Assembly: GCA_016933335.1 (NCBI GenBank)
Contig: JAFGBD010000021.1
Span: 7,665 to 71,664, forward strand
Length of the DNA stretch: 64,000 nt
Direction of reading: 5' to 3'
From: Bacteroidales bacterium
GTDB taxonomy: Bacteria > Bacteroidota > Bacteroidia > Bacteroidales > UBA10428
Shown in pieces: positions 1 to 7,578 of the stretch. Every line of letters begins with the position of its first letter. The stretch's first letter is position 1. Below the pieces are notes generated by a model. That model saw nothing but the letters and a program-made list of their open reading frames with translations. It was not told the DNA's origin and did no database searches. A program made the translations under genes and the position numbers.

Positions 1-290
1 TTCTATCTATGAAGACAGGGGCAGTTCTGCAAAGAGGGAAGGGCAGGGAATACTATGACTTTATCTTCCTTTCGGGCTTGACAGATCCTGATTTTGGATA
101 TCTGGACTTAAAATTCGGAATTACCAATCAAATCCAATTATTTGAAAGGATTCTTGAATCCTGTGAAAAAACTGACTTCGAGAAAAAATCACGCGATTTT
201 GAAAAGCTGGTATTCAATCCTGACGAAACAAAAAAAGTACTACTTTTCAAAAAATATATCAGACAAAAATATGATCAATCTTCCGGGTAG
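1..290 (+). CDS. C-terminal fragment of a DUF1814/AbiEii-like nucleotidyltransferase (5' end outside window)
   Basis: The reading frame is open to the window edge upstream of the Met at 9. '...GKGREYYDFIFL...' resembles the conserved RDxYDL block near the C-terminus of AbiEii-family proteins. Recognised by eye only. Confidence 0.4.
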   Translation, partial: LSMKTGAVLQRGKGREYYDFIFLSGLTDPDFGYLDLKFGITNQIQLFERILESCEKTDFEKKSRDFEKLVFNPDETKKVLLFKKYIRQKYDQSSG

Positions 291-509
291 TTCTGTCTTT
301 CATCAGAAGGACATTTTTTAGTATTGTAAGGTATCCGGAAATTCTAAATTTTATGTTTTTACATTTACAAATCTGTATATCAAGCCTTTACTATTTCGAT
401 GTATTCTATGAATATTAATAAAGCTTCCCACAACTCGTGCATTTAAATTTTTATCCCAATAAAAAAACCAACCACCCTGAATTTACTTCAGATGATTTGT
501 TATCAATTG

Positions 510-583
510 TGGTCCCAGTTGGGATCGAACCAACGACCCCCTGATTATGAGTCAGGTGCTCTAACCAGCTGAGCTATGGGACC
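510..583 (-). tRNA. tRNA with anticodon CAT (elongator Met, or Ile2 if lysidine-modified)
   Basis: The reverse complement folds as a 74-nt cloverleaf. Acceptor GGTCCCA/TGGGACC. D-arm GCTC-AGCTGGTTA-GAGC. Anticodon arm CCTGA-CTCATAA-TCAGG. T-arm GTTGG-TTCGATC-CCAAC. Discriminator A; CCA is not encoded. It is not an initiator: G1-C72 pairs and the anticodon stem has no GGG/CCC. C4-G69 and C5-G68 match the E. coli TilS determinants, so Ile2 is possible. Confidence 0.95.
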
Positions 584-647
584 ATGCCTTTTTTCAAGGA
601 TTGCAATATTAATTATTTGTACTGAAATAAACAATTATTTTTAGGTC

Positions 648-678
648 AAAAAAAAACCATTCCCTTTCAGAAATGGTT
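648..678 (-). terminator. Rho-independent-type terminator downstream of the small ORF 707..913
   Basis: The minus strand reads AACCATT-tctgaaaggg-AATGGTT followed by a run of T (A-run 648-654 on the plus strand). The stem is 7 bp and AT-rich, so this is a weak hairpin. Confidence 0.5.
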
Positions 679-706
679 CTTCTTGTAATATCTTGTTATT
701 CCCTCC

Positions 707-913
707 TCAGTAAGAAAACTGATATTTTCTCCTCAACTCCTTTTGATAATCAGAAATTCTATGCTCCAAATCCAGTATTTCATTCCTGAGTTTGGTTGTA
801 TCACTACCTTCTATTTCCAGTTCACGAATAAATCTCTTGTTAATGATAATCTTCTTCTGGCATTCGTAAATATTGGAAATCAGGCTTTTGATTGTATATT
901 TGACATCAAGCAT
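707..913 (-). CDS. small (68 aa) coiled-coil hypothetical protein
   Basis: The ORF is bracketed by a TAnnTTTG-type box (956..963, minus strand TATTTTTG) 43 nt upstream and a hairpin plus T-run downstream. It has heptad-like charged sequence (ELEIEGSDTTKLRNEILDLEHRISDYQKELRRK). I recognise no family. Confidence 0.4.
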   Translation of the reverse strand: MLDVKYTIKSLISNIYECQKKIIINKRFIRELEIEGSDTTKLRNEILDLEHRISDYQKELRRKYQFSY

Positions 914-955
914 AATTGGTTGGTTGTTTTGAGTTTTACAATATACAATTTGTTA

Positions 956-963
956 CAAAAATA
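956..963 (-). promoter_or_regulatory. Bacteroidetes -7 box (TATTTTTG on the minus strand)
   Basis: Plus-strand CAAAAATA is the reverse complement of the consensus TAnnTTTG. It lies 43 nt upstream of the ATG at 913. Confidence 0.35.
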
Positions 964-1354
964 TTAAATGGTATACCCTATAACAAATTATATTAAATGA
1001 TGTTCATTACCAATTCACGGTGATCCAACTCATCTAATGAAACCGCCTGACTATGAGTACACTAAATCCATTGATTTCAAAGCTGAAGTCCTCCCCGATT
1101 TTTTTTATCAACAGTATCGGAAAATCTTAGATTATGGTGTTAATAAAAAGATAAATCAATGAATTTATAACCTGCTGATCAAAAAAACTACTGTTGATAC
1201 TCCGGGTATTATTGGTTTTAACAGGACGCTAAATTAAGCATTTTTTTTAGTTTTTCCAATGAATCCTATAATTACCATGATCATAGCAAAATAGCGATCA
1301 ATCTGTTTTGAAGTAACACCGTGACCGGCAAAACCATGATCTGATACCATTGAT

Positions 1355-1540
1355 TCAGCCATGTTTCAGATGTGTGTTATCACAAAAAGGTTTGTTGCCT
1401 GATCTGCCGCACCTGCATATATAAATTTCTTTATATTCAGTGGTTTTATGACCAGAAGAATCCCTGAAAACAAATTCCCCTTTTATTTGTATTGGCCCGT
1501 TTTCCAGGATCTTTATCTCTGCTGAATAATTATTTTCCAT
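1355..1540 (-). CDS. CDGSH iron-sulfur domain protein (61 aa)
   Basis: Carries the CDGSH-type motif 'CRCGRSGNKPFCDNTH'. Confidence 0.85.
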   Translation of the reverse strand: MENNYSAEIKILENGPIQIKGEFVFRDSSGHKTTEYKEIYICRCGRSGNKPFCDNTHLKHG

Positions 1541-1543
1541 TGC

Positions 1544-2008
1544 TTATTTCCCTTTATATCCTGTTTTACTGTGTGTGCCATCGCAAAATGGCTTATTCAT
1601 TGAAGCGCCGCATCTGCATAAGGATACCATCTTAGGGTTATTATATTCTTTACCGTCGGTTCCTGTTAATTTAAAACTGCCTCTTATTATAAGCGGCCCG
1701 TCTTCCATAACCCTGATTTCTGTTTCATGACCATTTAATGCTGATGGGGTATCATTATCCGTAATCTGATCATTGTATTTGTAAGCAAGTGCACCTGTTG
1801 GACATAAATCAACCACCCTTATAATCTCTTTTGTAGATGCTCCGTTCATATTAACCCATGGCCTTTTGCGAGGATTGAAAACTTCAATTAATTCGCGGAA
1901 ACATGTAGTGGCATGAATGCATTTACGCGGATACCAGTAGACTGTTATTTCTCCGTTGGTATACTTCCTGTTTTTGCTGCCTGTATATTCGTTGTTGTAA
2001 TTATCCAT
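1544..2008 (-). CDS. (4Fe-4S)-binding DUF1271-like domain fused to a CDGSH iron-sulfur domain
   Basis: The N-terminal part has 'KCIHATTCFRE...VDLCPTGAL' cysteines. The C-terminal part has the CDGSH motif 'CRCGASMNKPFCDGTH'. It lies 3 nt upstream of the second CDGSH gene. Confidence 0.8.
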   Translation of the reverse strand: MDNYNNEYTGSKNRKYTNGEITVYWYPRKCIHATTCFRELIEVFNPRKRPWVNMNGASTKEIIRVVDLCPTGALAYKYNDQITDNDTPSALNGHETEIRVMEDGPLIIRGSFKLTGTDGKEYNNPKMVSLCRCGASMNKPFCDGTHSKTGYKGK

Positions 2009-2440
2009 TGAAATGTTTTTACAAAAATAAGGATTAAAGATTCATTATGCCACCTTCTTATGTATCTGTTCATGATAATATCTTCAATAATATCACAAAG
2101 GGGCATGAACCGAGTCCTGATGAACCGGATTGAGTTCACCGAAGGTAAAATATTTTTAATGATAAGTTCATCTTCGCAGAGCTCCCGATATATCGGGAAC
2201 TAAGCGAAGCGATCTCATGAGCAAAGCGAATAACTTAACGAAGTGAATAACTCAGATAAGAAAATTCTAATGTAAATGCTTCAGCAAACAGGATCATACC
2301 TCACAATATCCGGTTATTTAAAAATTTAATAATTTAGCTTCCTGTATTCAACCGAATTCAATAACTTTTACATGATTTTTCCGTTTAAATATTTGATTGT
2401 TTTAATGGCCTGGTTTTTGAGCAATCAATAAATAAAAAGT

Positions 2441-3040
2441 ATGAATAAGTTACTGATCTTTCTGTCATTTATAACATTACCGCTTACCGGATTAAAATCT
2501 CAGGACACTATCCGGTATGCAAAAGACAACATTGTCTTATACGGACTTATTCTTGACGGAGATACACTCTTACTTTCCTCAATAGATGAGGTTTATATTT
2601 TTCCTGCAAGAAGATTCAGTTCAAACTGGGAATACAGGAGATATCGAAGACTCATAAGGAATGTAAAAAAAGCTTATCCTTATGCCGTGCTGGCAAAAAA
2701 GAAATTTGACGAAATAACTTTGCATTTTGAAACCCTGAATGGTGAAAAAGCCAAAAGAAAATATATCAAACAAGTCGAAAAAGAGCTCATGGATGAATTC
2801 GAGGACGAACTCAAACAACTGACCATTACACAGGGCAGAATCCTGATCAAGTTAATAGACCGCGAAATCGGAGATACTTCATATGACCTTTTGAAAGAAC
2901 TTAAGGGTTCCTTTACAGCATTCTTCTGGCAGACAATTGCAAGAATATTCGGATCAAATCTTAAAAGTGAATTTGATCCTGTGGGAGAGGACAGGCTGAT
3001 CAATGAAATTGTAATCATGATTGAGAGAGGCGCTCTTTAA
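2441..3040 (+). CDS. secreted DUF4294-like protein
   Basis: N-terminal signal peptide. 'RRLIRNVKKAYPYA', 'LTITQGRILIKLIDRE' and 'FFWQTIARIFGSNLK' match my memory of the Bacteroidetes-restricted DUF4294 family. Confidence 0.6.
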   Translation: MNKLLIFLSFITLPLTGLKSQDTIRYAKDNIVLYGLILDGDTLLLSSIDEVYIFPARRFSSNWEYRRYRRLIRNVKKAYPYAVLAKKKFDEITLHFETLNGEKAKRKYIKQVEKELMDEFEDELKQLTITQGRILIKLIDREIGDTSYDLLKELKGSFTAFFWQTIARIFGSNLKSEFDPVGEDRLINEIVIMIERGAL

Positions 3041-3603
3041 TGAAACGTACCTTTATAGCCCTTGATATACCGGCAAATCAGATGATAAAAAAATGCCTGA
3101 ATGTCTTATCCACCAAACTTGCCGGAGAAAAAATAAATTGGATGGTATCTGACAACCTGCATCTGACACTAAAATTTCTGGGAGATACAGAAGAAAAGAC
3201 AATCACCGGTATTGATACAAAACTTGGAGAAATCACAAAAAAAATCAAAGCATTTCAGGTTATAATCAAGAATGTCGGGATTTTTAAGAGTATAAGGGAT
3301 CCCAGAATCATCTGGCTCGGAATTGAGGCCGACAGCGAACTGGAGGAATTAAAAAAATCAATTGAAAATCAGGTTGCACTTTTTGGATTTCAACCTGAAG
3401 AAAGAAAATTTTCTCCTCACCTGACTGTTGGAAGAATAAAGCTAATTAAAAATAAAAGTACATTGCCGCAACTGATTGAATCTTTTCAGGGACAATTCCT
3501 GCAGCAGTTTACGGTACCGGAAATAATTTTCTATGAGAGTATACTGAAGAAGGAAGGACCTGTATATATCCCCCTTGGCAGATATAAGCTTATGAATCTT
3601 TGA
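3040..3603 (+). CDS. thpR: RNA 2',3'-cyclic phosphodiesterase (2H family, ThpR/LigT)
   Basis: Two HxTx motifs with the expected spacing, 'HLTLKFLG' and 'HLTVGR'. The TAATG start overlaps the preceding gene. Confidence 0.85.
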   Translation: MKRTFIALDIPANQMIKKCLNVLSTKLAGEKINWMVSDNLHLTLKFLGDTEEKTITGIDTKLGEITKKIKAFQVIIKNVGIFKSIRDPRIIWLGIEADSELEELKKSIENQVALFGFQPEERKFSPHLTVGRIKLIKNKSTLPQLIESFQGQFLQQFTVPEIIFYESILKKEGPVYIPLGRYKLMNL

Positions 3604-5028
3604 TCACACTCCTTTTCTGCTGACAATCGTCAACAAAGTATAAATGATGATCTTGATATCGACATACAGTGACATGTTATCCAGATAAATCATATCATAT
3701 TTCAGTCTCTTTACCATCTGGTCGACATCTTCTGCATAACCGAATTTCACCTGTCCCCATGAAGTAATACCAGGTTTTACCTTTAACAAATGCAGGTAAT
3801 GGGGCGCCTTTTTAACAATTCTTTCAATATAATATTTTCTTTCGGGCCTTGGGCCTACAAGAGACATATCACCTTTTATGACATTAAAGAAATTCGGGAT
3901 TTCATCAAGTCTCGATTTGCGCATAAACCGGCCGAATTTTGTAATTCTGGTGTCATTTTTTGAGGATAGTTCAGGTCCGTTAACCTCTGCGTTTACATAC
4001 ATCGACCTGAACTTATATATTGTAAACGGTTTCCCGTATCTGCCAATTCTTTCGTGACTGTAAAGAATGGGGCCCTTCGATGAAAGTTTGACCCCTATCA
4101 TCAGGAAAAGGCACAGCGGTGACAGGATGATAAGCGCCAGAACAGAAAGAACAATGTCGGTGATATTCTTAATGTTTTCCTGCCAGGCGGGCATGAGCTG
4201 GTGCGAAATCTGTATCAGCGGAACCCCCAGAATCGCAGACATACGAACCCTTCCGGTCAGAATATCATACATGCTCGGAATGGCTTTAATGACCACATTG
4301 CAATCAATTAACTTGTTTATGATCTTACCGATCTTATCGTGCTCTGATGACTCTATTGCAATAATGACCTCTTTAATCTGATTCAGAACAATGATTTTCT
4401 TAACATCATCCAGAGAACCCAGGTGAGGTAAGTGCTTTGCCAGTCTGTGCTTGTTATTGTCATTTACATTAATAAAACCAATGAATTTATTACCACTGCT
4501 CCTTTTCTGAGATTCAATTTCCTTATAAACGGCAACTGCCTTTTCGTTGCTTCCTATTACCAGAGTATTAAAGCCCATAATACGTCTGTGTATCTTATGG
4601 GTGATACTTGTGGTAATAATCAGCCTGGGTATGTAGGTCAAAACAAAATGAAATGTGAAAAGAACGGCAAATGACATGTAGTAATTGGAATATGAATGTA
4701 TAACATCATCGAGGATCAATACAAAAAACAGTATGATTACCCCAATAAAGGTATTTGCCAGGGTCTGGCCCATTTCAGCAAGACGTGATTTTCTGAAAAC
4801 ATCTTTGTAATAGCCCGATGCATAATAGATAAAAATCCAGAATACCGGGATGAATACCAGGCCAAGAATGAATTTAATATCAAATTCTGAGAAAATCTGA
4901 GCAAAACTCTGTGATTCAAAATAAATCTTTCTGAAAATAAAAAAAACCGCCCAACTCAACAGTGCGGCCAGGTAATCTGAAATAAGGTATTTTAAAAGTT
5001 GAAGATTTCTGTTCATTAAGAAAAACAC
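3604..5028 (-). CDS. polyprenyl-phosphate glycosylphosphotransferase (WbaP/WcaJ-type bacterial sugar transferase)
   Basis: N-terminal multi-TM region plus a C-terminal sugar-transferase domain ('LRPLCLFLMIGVKL...IYKFRSM...DEIPNFFNVIKGDMSLVGPRPE'). Confidence 0.85.
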   Translation of the reverse strand: MFFLMNRNLQLLKYLISDYLAALLSWAVFFIFRKIYFESQSFAQIFSEFDIKFILGLVFIPVFWIFIYYASGYYKDVFRKSRLAEMGQTLANTFIGVIILFFVLILDDVIHSYSNYYMSFAVLFTFHFVLTYIPRLIITTSITHKIHRRIMGFNTLVIGSNEKAVAVYKEIESQKRSSGNKFIGFINVNDNNKHRLAKHLPHLGSLDDVKKIIVLNQIKEVIIAIESSEHDKIGKIINKLIDCNVVIKAIPSMYDILTGRVRMSAILGVPLIQISHQLMPAWQENIKNITDIVLSVLALIILSPLCLFLMIGVKLSSKGPILYSHERIGRYGKPFTIYKFRSMYVNAEVNGPELSSKNDTRITKFGRFMRKSRLDEIPNFFNVIKGDMSLVGPRPERKYYIERIVKKAPHYLHLLKVKPGITSWGQVKFGYAEDVDQMVKRLKYDMIYLDNMSLYVDIKIIIYTLLTIVSRKGV

Positions 5029-5075
5029 AAATCAAAAAATCTGAAAAAGTCTGCGGTGTTAGTGCCTGAAAACGA

Positions 5076-5083
5076 CAAAGATA
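5076..5083 (-). promoter_or_regulatory. Bacteroidetes -7 box (TATCTTTG on the minus strand)
   Basis: Plus-strand CAAAGATA is the reverse complement of TAnnTTTG. It lies 48 nt upstream of the ATG at 5028. Confidence 0.3.
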
Positions 5084-5141
5084 AAAATATTCTTATTAAT
5101 TGTCATGAAACTTGTTAGATTGTGAATCTTTTCCTCTAAAA

Positions 5142-6086
5142 TCAGGCTGTGATGCTGACTTTATTGATACTGTCCATTATTTTTTCGGCGAGATATAAAG
5201 ATTTGAATCCATCCTCCGGTTTTGACAGTAACTTGGAATTGTTGGTAATGGAAATGACAAAATTAATTAATTCATCAAGTATCGGATTATTTGGAATTAT
5301 CTTTCTGGTCACCGGATTCAAGGCATAATCATCATCAACAGAATGTCTGTTTTTTTTGGGTTTTATCACTGTAATTTCATTGGTCAGAAAGTCAATCCGG
5401 GTAATACTGTCTTGCTGTGTAAATAATCCGTAATGATTATTTTCAGGGGTAATCCGCGAACAGTTTAAATTGGCGACACAGGCATTGTCAAATTCCAGTC
5501 TGATGCTTATCACATCCGGGTTTATATTGGCCATTTTGATCCCGCATGCTTTCACATCTTTGACATTTGCCTGTAATACGGTATATATGATTTCAATATC
5601 TGTCATGATTGCCCTGAAAATACTTTCACGGGAATTATCAAGTTTGTCATAAAACTGGTTATGAATCTCAATTAACCTGAGATTTTTTATTTGCGGCAAC
5701 ACGGCATTTAAAGCAGCATGATATCTTACCGGACGCTCAACCATCAATATTACACTGGCTTCATTTGCAAGATTGATGAGCTGACCGGCCTGCTGTTTAT
5801 TCTTGAGTATGGAAGTGCTGATAAAGATATGCTTGGTTTCCTTCAGTGCCTGTTTTGCTATGTTAAAACAATTCTGACTCTTGCTGACAAAATCTATTGC
5901 ATCAACCCGGGGAATGAACTGACTGAAAGAATCAAATTCTTTTATATAACCATTTGACTGAGAAGTACCTGATAATTCTTTTAATGGATTAAACAAGCCT
6001 GCAATATCCACACCCGGAACTTTCTTAAGAATTTCAACATGCGGTAACGATTGTGTTAAAGTTCCTATTAATCCTATTCTCACCAT
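5142..6086 (-). CDS. Gfo/Idh/MocA-like oxidoreductase (divergent)
   Basis: Has an 'MVRIGLIGTL...' Rossmann-like N-terminus and the right overall length and layout. The glycine-rich loop is degenerate, so the assignment is tentative. Confidence 0.5.
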   Translation of the reverse strand: MVRIGLIGTLTQSLPHVEILKKVPGVDIAGLFNPLKELSGTSQSNGYIKEFDSFSQFIPRVDAIDFVSKSQNCFNIAKQALKETKHIFISTSILKNKQQAGQLINLANEASVILMVERPVRYHAALNAVLPQIKNLRLIEIHNQFYDKLDNSRESIFRAIMTDIEIIYTVLQANVKDVKACGIKMANINPDVISIRLEFDNACVANLNCSRITPENNHYGLFTQQDSITRIDFLTNEITVIKPKKNRHSVDDDYALNPVTRKIIPNNPILDELINFVISITNNSKLLSKPEDGFKSLYLAEKIMDSINKVSITA

Positions 6087-6155
6087 TCATAATGCTTTCT
6101 GCAAACATAAATGATTTAGAAACACACAATTTTTTTTTCAAACCAACTTATCAAC

Positions 6156-6163
6156 TATTTTTG
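6156..6163 (+). promoter_or_regulatory. Bacteroidetes -7 box TATTTTTG
   Basis: Matches TAnnTTTG 36 nt upstream of the pcm ATG. Confidence 0.35.
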
Positions 6164-6198
6164 TTTTCATTGTTAATTGAGGTTTTTGAATAATGTGA

Positions 6199-6840
6199 AT
6201 GGAAGACAGTTTTTTGCATAAGGGATTAAGAAAAAAACTGATAAATGAGATCAGACGAAAGGATTTGGAGGATGAGGCAGTACTTAACGCAATAGAAAGA
6301 GTACCCAGACACTGTTTCATGGATAGCAGTTTTGTGAAATTTGCCTATAAGGATCAGGCATTCCCGATTGGTGCAGGACAGACAATTTCACAACCTTATA
6401 CGGTGGCATTTCAGACTTCTCTGCTCCAGATAAAGAAAAGAGATAAAGTGCTTGAAATTGGTACAGGATCAGGTTATCAGGCAGCAGTGTTGATCGAAAT
6501 GGGAGCAAATGTATTTTCCATTGAAAGACATAAAGAGCTTTATTTAAAAGCAAAAGCAACCCTGTCTGAATTAAACTATCATCCGCATCTGTTTTACGGG
6601 GATGGCTATCTTGGACTGCCGACATACGGGCCTTTTGATAAAATATTAATAACAGCTGCTGCACCTGATGTGCCAAATCGGCTCCTTGAACAAATGAATA
6701 CAGGTGGCAGGCTGGTGGTGCCGATAGGAAAATTTGGTTCACAGATCATGACACTGGTGGAAAAAACAGGAGAAAATGACTACATCACGTCTGAACATGG
6801 TTATTTTGTATTTGTTCCTATGGTAAAAGGCAAAGAGTAA
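6199..6840 (+). CDS. pcm: protein-L-isoaspartate O-methyltransferase
   Basis: Carries 'GQTISQPYTVA' and the SAM-binding block 'VLEIGTGSGYQAAVL'. The length is typical for the family. Confidence 0.9.
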   Translation: MEDSFLHKGLRKKLINEIRRKDLEDEAVLNAIERVPRHCFMDSSFVKFAYKDQAFPIGAGQTISQPYTVAFQTSLLQIKKRDKVLEIGTGSGYQAAVLIEMGANVFSIERHKELYLKAKATLSELNYHPHLFYGDGYLGLPTYGPFDKILITAAAPDVPNRLLEQMNTGGRLVVPIGKFGSQIMTLVEKTGENDYITSEHGYFVFVPMVKGKE

Positions 6841-6885
6841 TCACGGCTTATTTGAATGACAATATTGCATTAATTCCCTGATCAT

Positions 6886-7521
6886 ATGAATATACAATCC
6901 TTCACAGTAAATGGATTTGCAGTGAATTCATACCTGCTTTACGACGATTCCAATGAATGCCTGGTAATTGATCCGGGTTTTTACGAACAATACGAAAAAG
7001 ACAGCCTGACAGAGTTTATTACCAGGAATAAATTAGTTCCTGTTAAAGTCCTTAACACTCACTGTCATGTGGATCATATTCTTGGAAACAGGTTTGTGTG
7101 TGAACATTACCATATCCCTCTCTCAGCCCATAAAGAAGATCAGTTTCTGCTTGATCATGCATTAGAGATGGGCGAGATATTTGGTCTTAAAGTACAGCCT
7201 TCACCCCCCGTCGATATTTATCTGAACCATGGAGATACAGTCAGGTTCGGAAATTCAGAACTTAAAGTCATTCACACACCCGGGCATTCACCGGGAAGCA
7301 TATCGTTTTACAATAAAGCGGATAGTTTTGTTATTGTTGGTGATGTTTTGTTTTCCGGAAGTATCGGAAGAACTGATCTGCCAAAAGGGAATTATGAGAC
7401 ACTAATTTCCAGCATCTTAAATGAGCTTTTAATTTTGCCTGCCGAAACAGCTGTATTCCCTGGTCATGGTCCTTCCACCACCATCAGAAATGAACATGAT
7501 ACAAATCCTTTTTTACAATAA
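6886..7521 (+). CDS. MBL-fold metallo-hydrolase (glyoxalase II-like)
   Basis: Carries the HxHxDH motif 'HCHVDHILG', followed by 'HTPGHSPGS' and 'GDVLFSGSIGRTD'. Confidence 0.85.
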   Translation: MNIQSFTVNGFAVNSYLLYDDSNECLVIDPGFYEQYEKDSLTEFITRNKLVPVKVLNTHCHVDHILGNRFVCEHYHIPLSAHKEDQFLLDHALEMGEIFGLKVQPSPPVDIYLNHGDTVRFGNSELKVIHTPGHSPGSISFYNKADSFVIVGDVLFSGSIGRTDLPKGNYETLISSILNELLILPAETAVFPGHGPSTTIRNEHDTNPFLQ

Positions 7522-7578
7522 AATTTCAAATTATTTTGTCCATATTTACCATAAGGATGTAATAAATAAATACGAAAT

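Noticed and set aside
1037-1162. 41-aa ORF (MKPPDYEYTKSIDFKAEVLPDFFYQQYRKILDYGVNKKINQ) within the ~400-bp ORF-free gap 964-1354
   Set aside because: It has no promoter box or terminator and I recognise no family. It may be a decayed gene fragment. There is not enough evidence to call it.
6317-6742. 141-aa ORF antisense to pcm
   Set aside because: The opposite strand encodes a textbook protein-L-isoaspartate methyltransferase. The antisense product has no recognisable features.
7522-7578. Glycine riboswitch upstream of gcvP
   Set aside because: The spacer is only 57 nt and AT-rich. That is too short for even a single glycine aptamer, and the conserved core sequences are not visible.
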